Origin: an uncultured Candidatus Nemicrothrix sp.
GTDB taxonomy: Bacteria; Actinomycetota; Acidimicrobiia; Acidimicrobiales; Aldehydirespiratoraceae
Length of the DNA stretch: 64,000 nt
NCBI GenBank assembly: GCA_964504305.1
Contig: CAZDEB010000004.1
Span: 75,441 to 139,440, forward strand
Reading direction: 5' to 3'
Made by a program: the position numbers and the translations under genes. Positions 19,511 to 29,252 of the stretch are shown piece by piece (the stretch's first letter is position 1; each line of letters opens with the position of its first letter). The notes under the pieces were generated by a model that had not been told where the DNA came from, did not search any database, and saw only the letters and a program-made list of their open reading frames with translations.

Positions 19511-22500
19511 ATGTGCGGGATTATCGCGGTCGCACGCCGCCCATCTAGTCGATCAACTCCTACAGCCGACGAGGTCACCGATCTGGTCGCGGGCCTGGCC
19601 GAGACTTTGGCGGTGTCCGACGATGCCTTGACGGCTGGTCTTTCAGCCGCGGCCGACCGGCTCAGCCGCGCCGACGCGCTACTGCGCGGCGTACCGGGTC
19701 TGCGTTTGATGCTCGCCGACCGCAACATCGCGGCGGCGCTTACTCATCACTGTGACGAGATTTTGGCCGCCGTCGAAGCCGAGGAGCAACGTCTCGAATC
19801 GGGCAGCCACCTCGATTCGGCTGCTCTCGAAGCACGCAATCAGATGCTGATTCGTGTCCGTGATGGCGTATGGGCGATCACCAGAGATCGCCTTCGGGCG
19901 GCGACGGTAGTAGCGGAGTTGTCCGGCGGCGCCACCAGCGCGGGTGCCCTCGAAGCATTCTTGTCGATTCATCAGGCGCTCTCGGCGGTCGACCGTCTGG
20001 AGGTTCGGGGCCGAGACTCCGCGGGGTTGCACGTGTTGGTTCACGACCATGCTCTCGACCTCAGCGACCCCGTAACTTTGGCCGCGATCGAACGGCGTTC
20101 CGGCGATGCGAACTTTGGGACCGGTTCGGTTCGGGTGGTTGACGGAGTCCTCAGCGTTGTTCACAAGGTCGCAGCCGAGATCGGCGAGCTCGGCGATAAC
20201 ACGGCAGTGATCCGCGCCGCGTTTGCTGCCGACGAATTGTTGCGAGACGCATTGGCCAACGACACGGCTCGCACTCTGGTCTTGGGCCACACTCGGTGGG
20301 CATCGATCGGAATTATCAGCGAACCCAACGCTCATCCGCTCAACAGCGAGCTTCTCGATGCGGAGGGCCCTTACGTCGTTGGTGCGCTCAATGGCGATGT
20401 CGACAACTTTGCCGATCTGATAGCCGAAGAGGGCGTCACGATTACCCCGTTGATCACGACTGATGCCAAGGTCATCCCCAGTATCACCAGTAGGCGCCTG
20501 TCCGAGGGCCTCGATTCCGCCGAGGCGTTTCGCCGGACGGTCGCGACCTTTGAAGGCTCCGTGGCCATTGGTGCTTGCACTGCGGCGGCTCCCGACCGTC
20601 TTCAACTGGCGCTTCGCGGGAGCGGACAAGCGCTCTACATTGGACTGGCCGAGGACTGCTACATAGTGGCGAGCGAGCCCTACGGCGTGGTTGAGGAGAC
20701 TGCCAACTATCTCCGTATGGACGGCGAGACGCCGGGCAATCCCGAAAACCCCAATGCCAGTCGAGGTCAGATCGTCGAGTTGGACGCCAATCTGGCTGGT
20801 TCGATCGAGGGGATTTTGCGTAGGTCCTATGACGGTACCGACTTGCCGGTAACCGACGATGACATCGGCGTCGCGCAGATCACTACACGCGACATCGACC
20901 GCGGCGACAACCCCCACTACTTGATGAAGGAAATTGGTGAGGCCCCGACCTCATTTCGCAAGACCCTTCGAGGAAAGGTCATCGAGAGCGATGACGGGCC
21001 TCGGGTCTCGCTCGGACCGGCGGTCATCCCGGTCGATCTGCGGGCCGATATCTCGGCCGGAAGGGTCAGGAGAGTGTTGGTAATCGGCCAGGGGACGGCG
21101 GCTGTGGCTGGTCAGAGCCTCGCGGCGGCGCTCGATGCACTCATCCCCGACGCCAAGATCGAAGCCGAGTCAGTGCTGGCGACGGAACTCTCGGGCTTTC
21201 AGTTGCGTTCAGACATGACCGACACGCTCATTGTTGCGGTGAGTCAGTCGGGAACTACCACTGACACCAACCGAACAGTCGACATCGTGCGCAATCGTGG
21301 CGCGAAAGTCATCGCCATCGTGAACCGTCGCGGTAGCGATCTGACCGATCGTGCCGACGGGGTTCTTTACACGTCTGATGGCCGTGACGTCGAGATGAGC
21401 GTGGCTTCGACAAAAGCGTTCTACAGCCAGATCGCGGCCGGGTTACTGCTCGCCGTCGCCATTGCTGACGAAGTCCTTGGCGAACAAGGAGTTGACGATC
21501 GGCGCGCGCTGGTGCGCGAGATCACCAATATGCCGTCGGCGATGGAGACAGTGATTTCTCGCCGCGACATCATCGGTGAAGCGGCCCGACAGTTTGCTCC
21601 GAGCCGTCGCTACTGGGCGTTGGTTGGCAACGGCCCCAATCGTATTGCGGCCCAAGAAGTCAGGATCAAACTGTCGGAGCTCTGCTACAAGTCGATTGCC
21701 GCCGACTCCACCGAAGACAAGAAACACATTGATCTCTCCTCGGAGCCGCTAATTCTTGTTTGTGCCGCCGGTCTGACCGGGTCGACCGCCGACGACGTTG
21801 CCAAAGAGGTGGCAATTTTCAGAGCCCACAAGGCTGCTCCGATCGTGATTGCCGATGACGATCAGGACCGGTTCAACAGCGCCCTTGCTGTGCTGGCGGT
21901 TCCCGCGGTCGATCCTCGGCTCGGATTTGTCTTGTCGGCGATGGCCGGTCATCTATTTGGTTACGAGGTTGCGTTGGCGATCGATGCTCAGGCGATGCCT
22001 TTGCGCGAGGCCCGCAGTGCGATCGAGCAGGCTGCATCCAGCTCCAGCCTGAACGGCGAACAAGCTCTCGAGTCGGTCAGGCCCGTCTTGGAGCGCGCCG
22101 GCGCGGCGTTCTTCGACGGTGTGCGCACTGGTTCGCTGAACGGACACCTCGAGGCATCCACGGCGGTGCGGATAGCTTCGCTGCTTCGGTTCGCCTTGGG
22201 ATCCACGGCCTTTGAGGCTTATCAAATTGAGTACGGCAAAGTCGGCACGCCGGCCGTCGTTCTGGACGATCTGGCATCGGCTCTCACTATTGGTATCGAA
22301 GAACTGACTCGGCCTATAGATGCAATCAAACACCAAGCCAAGACGGTTACGGTCGGAATCTCTCGCTCGGACGAGACCTTGCTCGAGATTCCGTTGGCTC
22401 GGGCCGCTCTCGACGCCGGCGCTCCCCGCGATCGCCTCAGTTATGCGTCGCTGCGCACTTTGGCCGATCTTGATCCCGCGGTCGCCGAGGTGCTGGGTTA

Positions 22501-22945
22501 CACCCGATACCGCATCGAGGGCCTCGGGACTGACGCCGAAACTCCCACCGTGTTCGTGGTTGATCGGGGTGGGATATCTCGCAACATCCCGTCTCGTGCC
22601 GACCGATCGCCAAGTCTCAAAGGCACCAAACACCAGGTCGCTCTTGAGCGGCGAGTGTTTGTGGCCAGGGGCCGCAGCGATGACCGAACAGTCGTGATTA
22701 TTCCCGAGGTCAAGGACAGCGTCACGACCGGCCTCACTCTCTTGCAGGTTCGGTTCTCAGACGAACTTTCGACCGCTGGCGCCCGTGGCGTGCTGCAGGG
22801 CTACCGCAACCGCTACTCCGCGGTGCGTGACGCGGTGACCGAAACCGAGCCGACGTTTCGTGAAGACCTACTGGCGGCCCAGAGCGTGAGCGACTTGCTG
22901 ACGTTGCCGATCAACGACCTGGCTGATCGTTGGCGCACAAGCTGA
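19511..22945 (+). CDS. Giant GlmS-like glutamine-fructose-6-phosphate aminotransferase homolog (class-II GATase plus 2 SIS domains plus large insertions)
   Basis: Start set at ATG 19511 so that the Ntn Cys follows Met (MCGIIAV). GlmS blocks appear in order: RLEVRGRDSAGL, GHTRWASIG..NAHP, SQSGTTTDT, VASTKAF, AKTVTVG. Length is 1144 aa versus about 600-625 aa for canonical GlmS. Confidence 0.8.
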   Translation: MCGIIAVARRPSSRSTPTADEVTDLVAGLAETLAVSDDALTAGLSAAADRLSRADALLRGVPGLRLMLADRNIAAALTHHCDEILAAVEAEEQRLESGSHLDSAALEARNQMLIRVRDGVWAITRDRLRAATVVAELSGGATSAGALEAFLSIHQALSAVDRLEVRGRDSAGLHVLVHDHALDLSDPVTLAAIERRSGDANFGTGSVRVVDGVLSVVHKVAAEIGELGDNTAVIRAAFAADELLRDALANDTARTLVLGHTRWASIGIISEPNAHPLNSELLDAEGPYVVGALNGDVDNFADLIAEEGVTITPLITTDAKVIPSITSRRLSEGLDSAEAFRRTVATFEGSVAIGACTAAAPDRLQLALRGSGQALYIGLAEDCYIVASEPYGVVEETANYLRMDGETPGNPENPNASRGQIVELDANLAGSIEGILRRSYDGTDLPVTDDDIGVAQITTRDIDRGDNPHYLMKEIGEAPTSFRKTLRGKVIESDDGPRVSLGPAVIPVDLRADISAGRVRRVLVIGQGTAAVAGQSLAAALDALIPDAKIEAESVLATELSGFQLRSDMTDTLIVAVSQSGTTTDTNRTVDIVRNRGAKVIAIVNRRGSDLTDRADGVLYTSDGRDVEMSVASTKAFYSQIAAGLLLAVAIADEVLGEQGVDDRRALVREITNMPSAMETVISRRDIIGEAARQFAPSRRYWALVGNGPNRIAAQEVRIKLSELCYKSIAADSTEDKKHIDLSSEPLILVCAAGLTGSTADDVAKEVAIFRAHKAAPIVIADDDQDRFNSALAVLAVPAVDPRLGFVLSAMAGHLFGYEVALAIDAQAMPLREARSAIEQAASSSSLNGEQALESVRPVLERAGAAFFDGVRTGSLNGHLEASTAVRIASLLRFALGSTAFEAYQIEYGKVGTPAVVLDDLASALTIGIEELTRPIDAIKHQAKTVTVGISRSDETLLEIPLARAALDAGAPRDRLSYASLRTLADLDPAVAEVLGYTRYRIEGLGTDAETPTVFVVDRGGISRNIPSRADRSPSLKGTKHQVALERRVFVARGRSDDRTVVIIPEVKDSVTTGLTLLQVRFSDELSTAGARGVLQGYRNRYSAVRDAVTETEPTFREDLLAAQSVSDLLTLPINDLADRWRTS

Positions 22946-22980
22946 CGGTTGCGTGGCGTTACGCCCGGTAGTGTCCGGTC

Positions 22981-23352
22981 GTGCTCGGAATCGGTACTGA
23001 CCTGGTCGACGTTGATCGCTTTCGTGCCGTGCTGGAACGCACGCCAGGAATGCGCGACCGCCTATTCACGGTTGGCGAGTTGGCCTACGCCGACACGTCG
23101 GGTGATCCAGCTCGCCCACTGGCGGCGAGATTCGCGGCCAAGGAAGCAGCGTTGAAGTCGTTGGGTGTGGGTCTTGGCTCGATGCGGTTTGTCGAGATCG
23201 AGGTGGTGCGTCACGAGAACGGGCGACCCGAGTTGGTTCTGCACGGTGACGCGGCGTCGTTCGCGGCTACGCGCGGGGTTTCGGGATTTCTGGTTACGTT
23301 GAGCCACACCGACACTTTGGCTCAGGCCGTAGTTGTCGCGTCGGCCTCGTGA
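22981..23352 (+). CDS. acpS: Holo-[acyl-carrier-protein] synthase
   Basis: 123 aa. MLGIGTDLVDVDRFRAVL...FAAKEAALKSLG. Confidence 0.92.
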   Translation: MLGIGTDLVDVDRFRAVLERTPGMRDRLFTVGELAYADTSGDPARPLAARFAAKEAALKSLGVGLGSMRFVEIEVVRHENGRPELVLHGDAASFAATRGVSGFLVTLSHTDTLAQAVVVASAS

Positions 23353-23365
23353 GCGGTCCACCACC

Positions 23366-24460
23366 ATGACCGTGTACGCCGACATCGATCTCGACGCGGT
23401 GCGACACAACATTGCGAAGGTGAGCGAGGTCGCCCAGACCCCGATCTGTGCCGTCGTGAAGGCCGATGGCTACGGGCACGGAGCGTTGCCGGTTGCCGCC
23501 GCCGCCGTCGAAGCTGGCGCCACTTGGCTCGCGGTGGCAACGGTTTCCGAAGCAGTTGCGGTCAGCGCTACCAACCCGCTGATCCCAGTGCTGGTCTTGT
23601 CCGAACGCCCCGCTGTCGAGCTGAACGAGTTCGCCGGTCGCCTGCCCGACAACATCCGACTCACCGTCGCCACCGAGCGAGGGGTTCGCGCCTGCACCCG
23701 GCTTGGCGCCCGAGTTCGCCTCCATCTAAAGATCGACACGGGGATGCATCGCATGGGGGCCGATCCGGCCGAGGCGGTCGAGATAGCGCGCCTGATCGAA
23801 TCGTTGCCGCAGGTCGAACTCGAGGGGGTCTGGACTCACCTCGCCCAAGCCGACAACGGGGTAGCCGAACCCTCTGATGCGCAGCTCGTTCGGTTTGAGG
23901 AGGTGCTCGGGCGCTTGACCGAGGCCGGAATCTCCCCGCCGATGCGCCACGTTGCAAATTCCGCAGGCACCCTCGCTCACCCCGCGAGCCGTCACGATCT
24001 GGTTCGAATCGGGATCGCTATGTACGGCGTTGCTCCTTCGGAACACTTCGAGGGCGTGATCGGCCTGAGGCCGGCGCTACGCCTCTCGACCTCGGTATCG
24101 GCGGTGCGAGATGTGCGTGCGGGAGAATCGGTTTCCTACGGCGGTCGTTGGAGTGCCACCGTTGCTCAACGGGTTGCGACTCTTCCTGTTGGCTACGCCG
24201 ATGCGGTCAGGCGAGATTCTGGTCTCCACGGCGTTGAGGTCCTTATCGGGAGCCGTCGCCGTCGGATTGTGGGCAACGTCACGATGGATCAAACGATGGT
24301 CCTGGTTGATGAGCATGTGCTTACCGGCGACGAGGCGGTCTTGATTGGCGATCAAGGTCAGGAGGCGATCGGGGCCAACGATGTGGCCCGTCACCTCGGC
24401 ACGATCGGCTACGAGGTGCTGACCAGTATCGGGCCACGAGTCGTGCGGCGTTACGGGTGA
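23366..24460 (+). CDS. alr: Alanine racemase
   Basis: Start set at ATG 23366 (MTVYADIDLDAVRHNI). The PLP-lysine motif VVKADGYGHG is present. Confidence 0.93.
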   Translation: MTVYADIDLDAVRHNIAKVSEVAQTPICAVVKADGYGHGALPVAAAAVEAGATWLAVATVSEAVAVSATNPLIPVLVLSERPAVELNEFAGRLPDNIRLTVATERGVRACTRLGARVRLHLKIDTGMHRMGADPAEAVEIARLIESLPQVELEGVWTHLAQADNGVAEPSDAQLVRFEEVLGRLTEAGISPPMRHVANSAGTLAHPASRHDLVRIGIAMYGVAPSEHFEGVIGLRPALRLSTSVSAVRDVRAGESVSYGGRWSATVAQRVATLPVGYADAVRRDSGLHGVEVLIGSRRRRIVGNVTMDQTMVLVDEHVLTGDEAVLIGDQGQEAIGANDVARHLGTIGYEVLTSIGPRVVRRYG

Positions 24461-25569
24461 CCAAACAGGTCTTGTTGGTAGAACCGTTTCTGGGTGGTTC
24501 GCATCAGCAGTGGGCGACCGGTTGGCGGGCCAACTCGCGCCACTCGATCGAAATCATCGGCCACGCCGGCGACTCGTGGCGATGGCGGATGAGGGGAGGC
24601 TCGGTGAGTCTGGCTCGACAAGCCGCCGAGATAGTCGCTCGAGAGGGAATCCCGGATGTGGTGATGAGTACCGACATGCTCGATCTCGCCAGCTTCGCTG
24701 GAATATCTCGAGGATGGAGCGGTGGCGTGGCGCTTGTTCACTATCTGCACGAGAACCAACTGACGTATCCTCGCCAGCCGGGCGAACCCGTCGACGTTGG
24801 ATTGGCGTGGATGACTTGGCGTTCGTTGGTGACCGCTGACGAGATCTGGTGCAACTCGACGTTTCATCGCGAGGCCCTCCGTGGCGCGCTCGACTCGTTC
24901 GTGCATGAAGTGCCCGACGAGTCGCACGAGGATGAGTTGCGACAGGTAGGCACGAAGTTGGTCACGATGCCGGTGGGGGTCGACAGCTTGCGACTCATCG
25001 CTCGATCCAGCGGACCCGCGAATCGGCGTCCTCTGGTGATATCGAATCAACGATGGCACCACGACAAAGATCTTGGCTCGGTGCTCAGAGCCTTGGTGAA
25101 GGCCAGCGAGGCGGGGCACCAGTTTGATGTTGCACTGCTGGGCGACGACACCGGTGGGGAGGCTGAAACGCTCGCCCCTCTGGTGGAGCGGCTCGGGGAC
25201 CGAGTGATTGCCCGTGGGCACTTGCCGCGGCCCGACTACGAGGACATGTTGGCCCGCGCCGATGTTGTGGTGTCGGCGGCGCGAAACGAGTTCTTCGGCA
25301 TAGCGGTTGTCGAGGCGGTCGCGGCGGGCGCATGGCCCGTGCTTCCCAACTCGTTGGCCTATCCCGAGATCATCGAGTCGCCGTTTCATCAGTTGTCGCT
25401 GTACGAACCAGGAGGTTTGGGTGTCCTTCTGCGCTCGGCGCTCACCAAGGCAGCGGCGGGGGAGCGGCCGCCAAGCGCGCTCAGCGAGTCGATGGCCAGG
25501 TTCGATTGGTCGATAGTTGCCGCGGCTTATGACGACCGAATCGACGAGCTGAGCGCTGCCCGAACCTGA
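24457..25569 (+). CDS. Glycosyltransferase, GT4-like with DUF3524-type N-terminus
   Basis: 370 aa. The N-terminus VLLVEPFLGGSHQQWATGW resembles the DUF3524/GTDC1-like family as I remember it. The C-terminal EFFGIAVVEAVAAGAWPVLPN is a GT-B nucleotide-sugar-binding motif. Confidence 0.6.
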   Translation: MTKQVLLVEPFLGGSHQQWATGWRANSRHSIEIIGHAGDSWRWRMRGGSVSLARQAAEIVAREGIPDVVMSTDMLDLASFAGISRGWSGGVALVHYLHENQLTYPRQPGEPVDVGLAWMTWRSLVTADEIWCNSTFHREALRGALDSFVHEVPDESHEDELRQVGTKLVTMPVGVDSLRLIARSSGPANRRPLVISNQRWHHDKDLGSVLRALVKASEAGHQFDVALLGDDTGGEAETLAPLVERLGDRVIARGHLPRPDYEDMLARADVVVSAARNEFFGIAVVEAVAAGAWPVLPNSLAYPEIIESPFHQLSLYEPGGLGVLLRSALTKAAAGERPPSALSESMARFDWSIVAAAYDDRIDELSAART

Positions 25570-25588
25570 TCCAACTATTGTCGGCGGC

Positions 25589-26455
25589 GTGAACGTTGAT
25601 CTGCCAGGGGTAACCATCGGCCACTGGACCGACCGGCCCGCTCGTACTGGGTGCACGGTGATTCGTTTGTCCCCGGCGGCGGTTGCCTCGGGCGAAGTCC
25701 GTGGTGGCGCTCCGGCGACGCGCGAGTTCGAATTGCTCGACCCGACCCGTCATGTCGAGCGCGTCGATGCGATTGTGCTCAGCGGCGGCTCGGCCTTCGG
25801 TCTGGCGGCTGCCGACGGGGTAACTGCGGCTTTGGCCGACGCCGGCGTCGGCTTTGCGACCGCCCACGGTCCGGTCCCGATTGTTGTGGCCATGAGCCTT
25901 TACGACCTCGGAGTGGGCGACCCGTCGGCTTACCCGAACGCCGCTTCGGGGCAGGCCGCTCTGCAAGACGCCAGCAACAATCCGTCGATCGGCGCGGTGG
26001 GGGCGGGAGCGGGTGCGACCGTGGGCAAGTGGCGAGGCCCCGCGGGGCGGCGAGACGCCGGTTTCGCGATCGAGGTGTTGCGCGACGGTGCGCTCGTGGT
26101 GGTCGCGGCGGTGGCCGTAAACGCGGCAGGCGACATCGACGACGGTCAAACGGTTTCGGCCGCCAAGGCGGGCGAGCCGTTGTGGCCCTCAGACGACGCA
26201 CCGTTTGGCAACACGGTTATCGGGGCGGTGCTGACCAACGCCAAACTCGACAAGACGGGTTGTCTGGTCGTAGCTCAGGGCGGCCACGACGGGTTGGCCC
26301 GAGCGGTTATGCCGCCGCACATGCGCGCCGACGGTGATGCCTTTGTCGCTGCCTCCACGGGCGTTGTAGAGGCGCCTCTCGACCATGTTCGGTTGATGGC
26401 GGTAGTGGCGACCGAGACGGCCATCCGATCGAGCGTCGATACGCTTTCGGCGTGA
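25589..26455 (+). CDS. P1 (S58, DmpA/BapA-like) family peptidase
   Basis: 288 aa. GVTIGHWTDRPARTGCTVI...LSGGSAFGLAAADGV...FGNTVIGAVLTNAKL fits the family pattern. Confidence 0.7.
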   Translation: MNVDLPGVTIGHWTDRPARTGCTVIRLSPAAVASGEVRGGAPATREFELLDPTRHVERVDAIVLSGGSAFGLAAADGVTAALADAGVGFATAHGPVPIVVAMSLYDLGVGDPSAYPNAASGQAALQDASNNPSIGAVGAGAGATVGKWRGPAGRRDAGFAIEVLRDGALVVVAAVAVNAAGDIDDGQTVSAAKAGEPLWPSDDAPFGNTVIGAVLTNAKLDKTGCLVVAQGGHDGLARAVMPPHMRADGDAFVAASTGVVEAPLDHVRLMAVVATETAIRSSVDTLSA

Positions 26456-26474
26456 CGAAACTGGTAGTTGCATC

Positions 26475-26960
26475 GTGATTCGGTGCTCGACGGCTGCGCC
26501 CGAGCAGACCAAGCGTCTCGCCGCGGCAGTGGCCTTGGCTGTGGTCGACGGCGATCTGCTTGTGCTCGTGGGCGATCTGGGCGCGGGCAAGACGGCCTTT
26601 ACCCAAGGGTTCGCGGCGGCGCTCGGAGTTGCCGACTCGGTGACGAGTCCGACGTTCACGCTGGCCAATCGTTACGAAGGTTCGGTGGTTCTCAATCACC
26701 TCGATGCCTACCGGGTCGAGGACCTGTCGGAGGCCGAACACCTCGCGCTACCCGAACTGCTCGACGATGGAGTGACCGTCATCGAGTGGGGCGACAATAT
26801 TTTGGGGGCGCTACCCAGCGACCGGCTCGAAATTCGCATCACCCTCGGGTTCAACGACGACGACCGCGATCTCGAGCTTTCGTGCCTGGGTCCTACTTGG
26901 GTCGCCCGTCGAGATGCGCTGGCGGTCTCGCTGAGCCAGTGGGGTTCGAAGTCGTGCTGA
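26475..26960 (+). CDS. tsaE: tRNA t6A37 biosynthesis ATPase TsaE
   Basis: 161 aa. GDLGAGKTAFTQGFAAALG...SPTFTL...HLDAYR. Confidence 0.9.
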   Translation: MIRCSTAAPEQTKRLAAAVALAVVDGDLLVLVGDLGAGKTAFTQGFAAALGVADSVTSPTFTLANRYEGSVVLNHLDAYRVEDLSEAEHLALPELLDDGVTVIEWGDNILGALPSDRLEIRITLGFNDDDRDLELSCLGPTWVARRDALAVSLSQWGSKSC

Positions 26961-27652
26961 TCCTCGGAATCGAGTCGGCGACGTCGCGAGTTGGCTGCGC
27001 TATTGGTGGCCACGAAGGGGTAATTGCATCGGTTCATTCGTCGCGTGGTCGACGTCATGCCGAATCTCTTGCGCCTCAGATCCAATTTGCTTGCGACCAA
27101 GCCGGCGTGGCGCTGCGCGAAATAGGTGTGGTGGCGGTCGATGTGGGTCCGGGGCTCTACACCGGTCTTCGGGTTGGGGTAACCACGGCGATGGCGTTGG
27201 CTCAGACGCTTCGTGTTCCCATGATCGGGGTTTCGTCGCTTGACCTCCTGGCGTTTCCGGCCGCTCACACCAGCCGGGTGATTGTGGCGGCTATCGACGC
27301 GCGTCGAGGTGAGGTATTCCACGCCAGCTATCGGGCGGTGCCCGGCGGCGTGCAGCGAATCACCGAGCCTGCGGTGGATCGCCCCGGCGACTTGTGCTCG
27401 GCTATCGAGGCCAACAATGACGACGTCTTGTTGGTTGGTGATGGGGCCTTGCAATACGGCGACAATTTCGAGGGAGTGAGCGGCATCGAGGTTGCCGACC
27501 GGAGCCTCGCGTTTCCCTCGGCCGACGCTCTCGTGAGCCTTGCCCACGCCCGAGCGCTGCGTGAGGAGTTCGTTAGACCCGACCAAATCGAGCCGCTGTA
27601 TCTTCGCCGCCCGGATGCCGTGGCCAAATGGGACGATCGGAACAAGTCGTGA
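26954..27652 (+). CDS. tsaB: tRNA t6A37 biosynthesis protein TsaB
   Basis: Start set at GTG 26954, overlapping the tsaE stop. LILGIESATSRVGCAIG...VDVGPGLYTGLRVGVTTAMALA. The 394-aa track ORF starting at 26468 is a read-through. Confidence 0.88.
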   Translation: MLILGIESATSRVGCAIGGHEGVIASVHSSRGRRHAESLAPQIQFACDQAGVALREIGVVAVDVGPGLYTGLRVGVTTAMALAQTLRVPMIGVSSLDLLAFPAAHTSRVIVAAIDARRGEVFHASYRAVPGGVQRITEPAVDRPGDLCSAIEANNDDVLLVGDGALQYGDNFEGVSGIEVADRSLAFPSADALVSLAHARALREEFVRPDQIEPLYLRRPDAVAKWDDRNKS

Positions 27653-28170
27653 CTCCGACCGTGATCAACGACATGGCATTGGCCGACATCGCAGCCGTTA
27701 TCAAAGTCGATCGTGTGTGCTACCCGGACCCTTTCGACGAGGCGGCTTGGCTTCGAGAATTCGAAGCGCCCAACCGCTGCCATCTCGTGGCCATGATTGG
27801 CGGCGAGATCGTCGGTCATGCTGGGTCATTACAGGTTGTAGATGAGACCCATGTCGCGACGGTGGCCGTAGCCGCCGCTCACGAAGGTGCCGGCATTGCC
27901 ACGCGGCTCGTCGCCGAGTTACTCCGTCGGGGCGTCGGCTCGGGTGCGTTGGCGGCGACTCTCGAGGTGCGGGTTTCTTCGATGCGGGCGCAACGTCTCT
28001 ACTCGCGCCTTGGTTTTGTGCCTGCGGGAGTGCGTTCGAACTATTACTCGAATCCAACCGAGGATGCCTTGATCATGTGGTTGTACGACCTTCAGTCGCG
28101 TTCGGCCCAGGATCGGCTGGGGCGAGTCGTGGCCGAGCTCGACCTTTCTTCATCGCGAGGTTCAAGATGA
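27628..28170 (+). CDS. rimI: Ribosomal-protein-alanine N-acetyltransferase RimI (GNAT)
   Basis: 180 aa. GNAT core VAVAAAHEGAGIATRLV...LEVRVSSMRAQRLYSRLGF. Position between tsaB and tsaD. Confidence 0.85.
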   Translation: MGRSEQVVTPTVINDMALADIAAVIKVDRVCYPDPFDEAAWLREFEAPNRCHLVAMIGGEIVGHAGSLQVVDETHVATVAVAAAHEGAGIATRLVAELLRRGVGSGALAATLEVRVSSMRAQRLYSRLGFVPAGVRSNYYSNPTEDALIMWLYDLQSRSAQDRLGRVVAELDLSSSRGSR

Positions 28171-29171
28171 CCGCCGACCGAATCCTTGGTATCGAGACGT
28201 CGTGTGACGAAACAGCCGCGTCGATCGTCAACCGCGGCACCGATGTGATGTCCTCGGTGGTCGCTAGCCAAATAGAGATCCACGCGCGGTACGGCGGTGT
28301 CGTCCCCGAGGTGGCCAGCCGTGCTCATGTCGAGACGATCATGCCGGTGATTGCTCAGTCGATCGTCGAGGCCGGAGTCCAAGACGCGCAAATCGAAGCG
28401 GTTGCCTCAACGTACGGTCCCGGACTTGTGGGGGCGCTGTTGATCGGGGTGTCGGCTGCGAAGGCGATGTCGCTCGTTTGGGATGTGCCATTCGTGGCCG
28501 TCAACCATCTCGAAGCTCACTTGTATGCCGCGTTTCTCGAAGAACCCGATCTCGAGATGCCGTTGGTGATCTTATTGGTCTCGGGTGGTCACACGATGCT
28601 GATCGTCATGGAAGATCACCTCCGCTATCGCGTGCTGGGAAGCACTCTCGACGACGCGGCCGGCGAGGCCTTCGACAAGGTTGCTCGTTACATGGATCTC
28701 GGCTATCCGGGCGGTCCGGTAATCGATCGCCTGAGTGTCGACGGCGATCCTCAAGCGATTCGGTTCCCGCGGGCCATGGCCAGCGACGGCTGGGACTTCT
28801 CGTTCAGTGGGGTCAAGACCGCGGTGGTCAACCACGTTCGCAAGAACCCCGGTGTCGAGGTTCACGATGTTGCGGCATCGTTTCAGGAGGCCGTTGTGGA
28901 CGTGCTCATAAGAAAGGCTCGCAAGGCCGCGCAAGAGGTCGGAGCAAAAGGTCTGTGTCTCGCAGGCGGTGTGGCGGCGAACTCGCGTTTGCGCGAACGG
29001 TTGCTCGATGTTTGCGTGGCCGACGGCTACCGGGCATTTCTCCCCAGCCGGTCGATGTGCACCGATAACGCGGCGATGGTGGCGGCAGCAGCGTGGTGGC
29101 GGTTGCAGGCCGATGGTCCGTCTCCGCTCGACATCGGCGCCAATCCCTCTTTACGACTACCAGTGGTGTAG
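28167..29171 (+). CDS. tsaD: tRNA N6-adenosine threonylcarbamoyltransferase TsaD
   Basis: Start set at ATG 28167 (ATGA overlap with rimI). ILGIETSCDETAASIV...VNHLEAHLYA...LLVSGGHT. Confidence 0.95.
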   Translation: MTADRILGIETSCDETAASIVNRGTDVMSSVVASQIEIHARYGGVVPEVASRAHVETIMPVIAQSIVEAGVQDAQIEAVASTYGPGLVGALLIGVSAAKAMSLVWDVPFVAVNHLEAHLYAAFLEEPDLEMPLVILLVSGGHTMLIVMEDHLRYRVLGSTLDDAAGEAFDKVARYMDLGYPGGPVIDRLSVDGDPQAIRFPRAMASDGWDFSFSGVKTAVVNHVRKNPGVEVHDVAASFQEAVVDVLIRKARKAAQEVGAKGLCLAGGVAANSRLRERLLDVCVADGYRAFLPSRSMCTDNAAMVAAAAWWRLQADGPSPLDIGANPSLRLPVV

Positions 29172-29252
29172 TTGGGCCATCTGGCCCTATCACCTCTGAC
29201 CTTGGTCGTTACGGGCTGAACTGACTCTCGGAGCACGTCGACGCTTCTATTA

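Noticed and set aside
26468-27652. 394-aa ORF spanning tsaE and tsaB
   Set aside because: Only its last 232 codons (from GTG 26954) are TsaB. The 5' part is an out-of-frame read-through of tsaE with Arg-rich nonsense.
29174-29187. Palindrome GGGCCA-TC-TGGCCC just after tsaD and upstream of DGC-A
   Set aside because: The 2-nt spacer is too short for a stable terminator hairpin. A single 6-bp half-site pair is not enough evidence for an operator.
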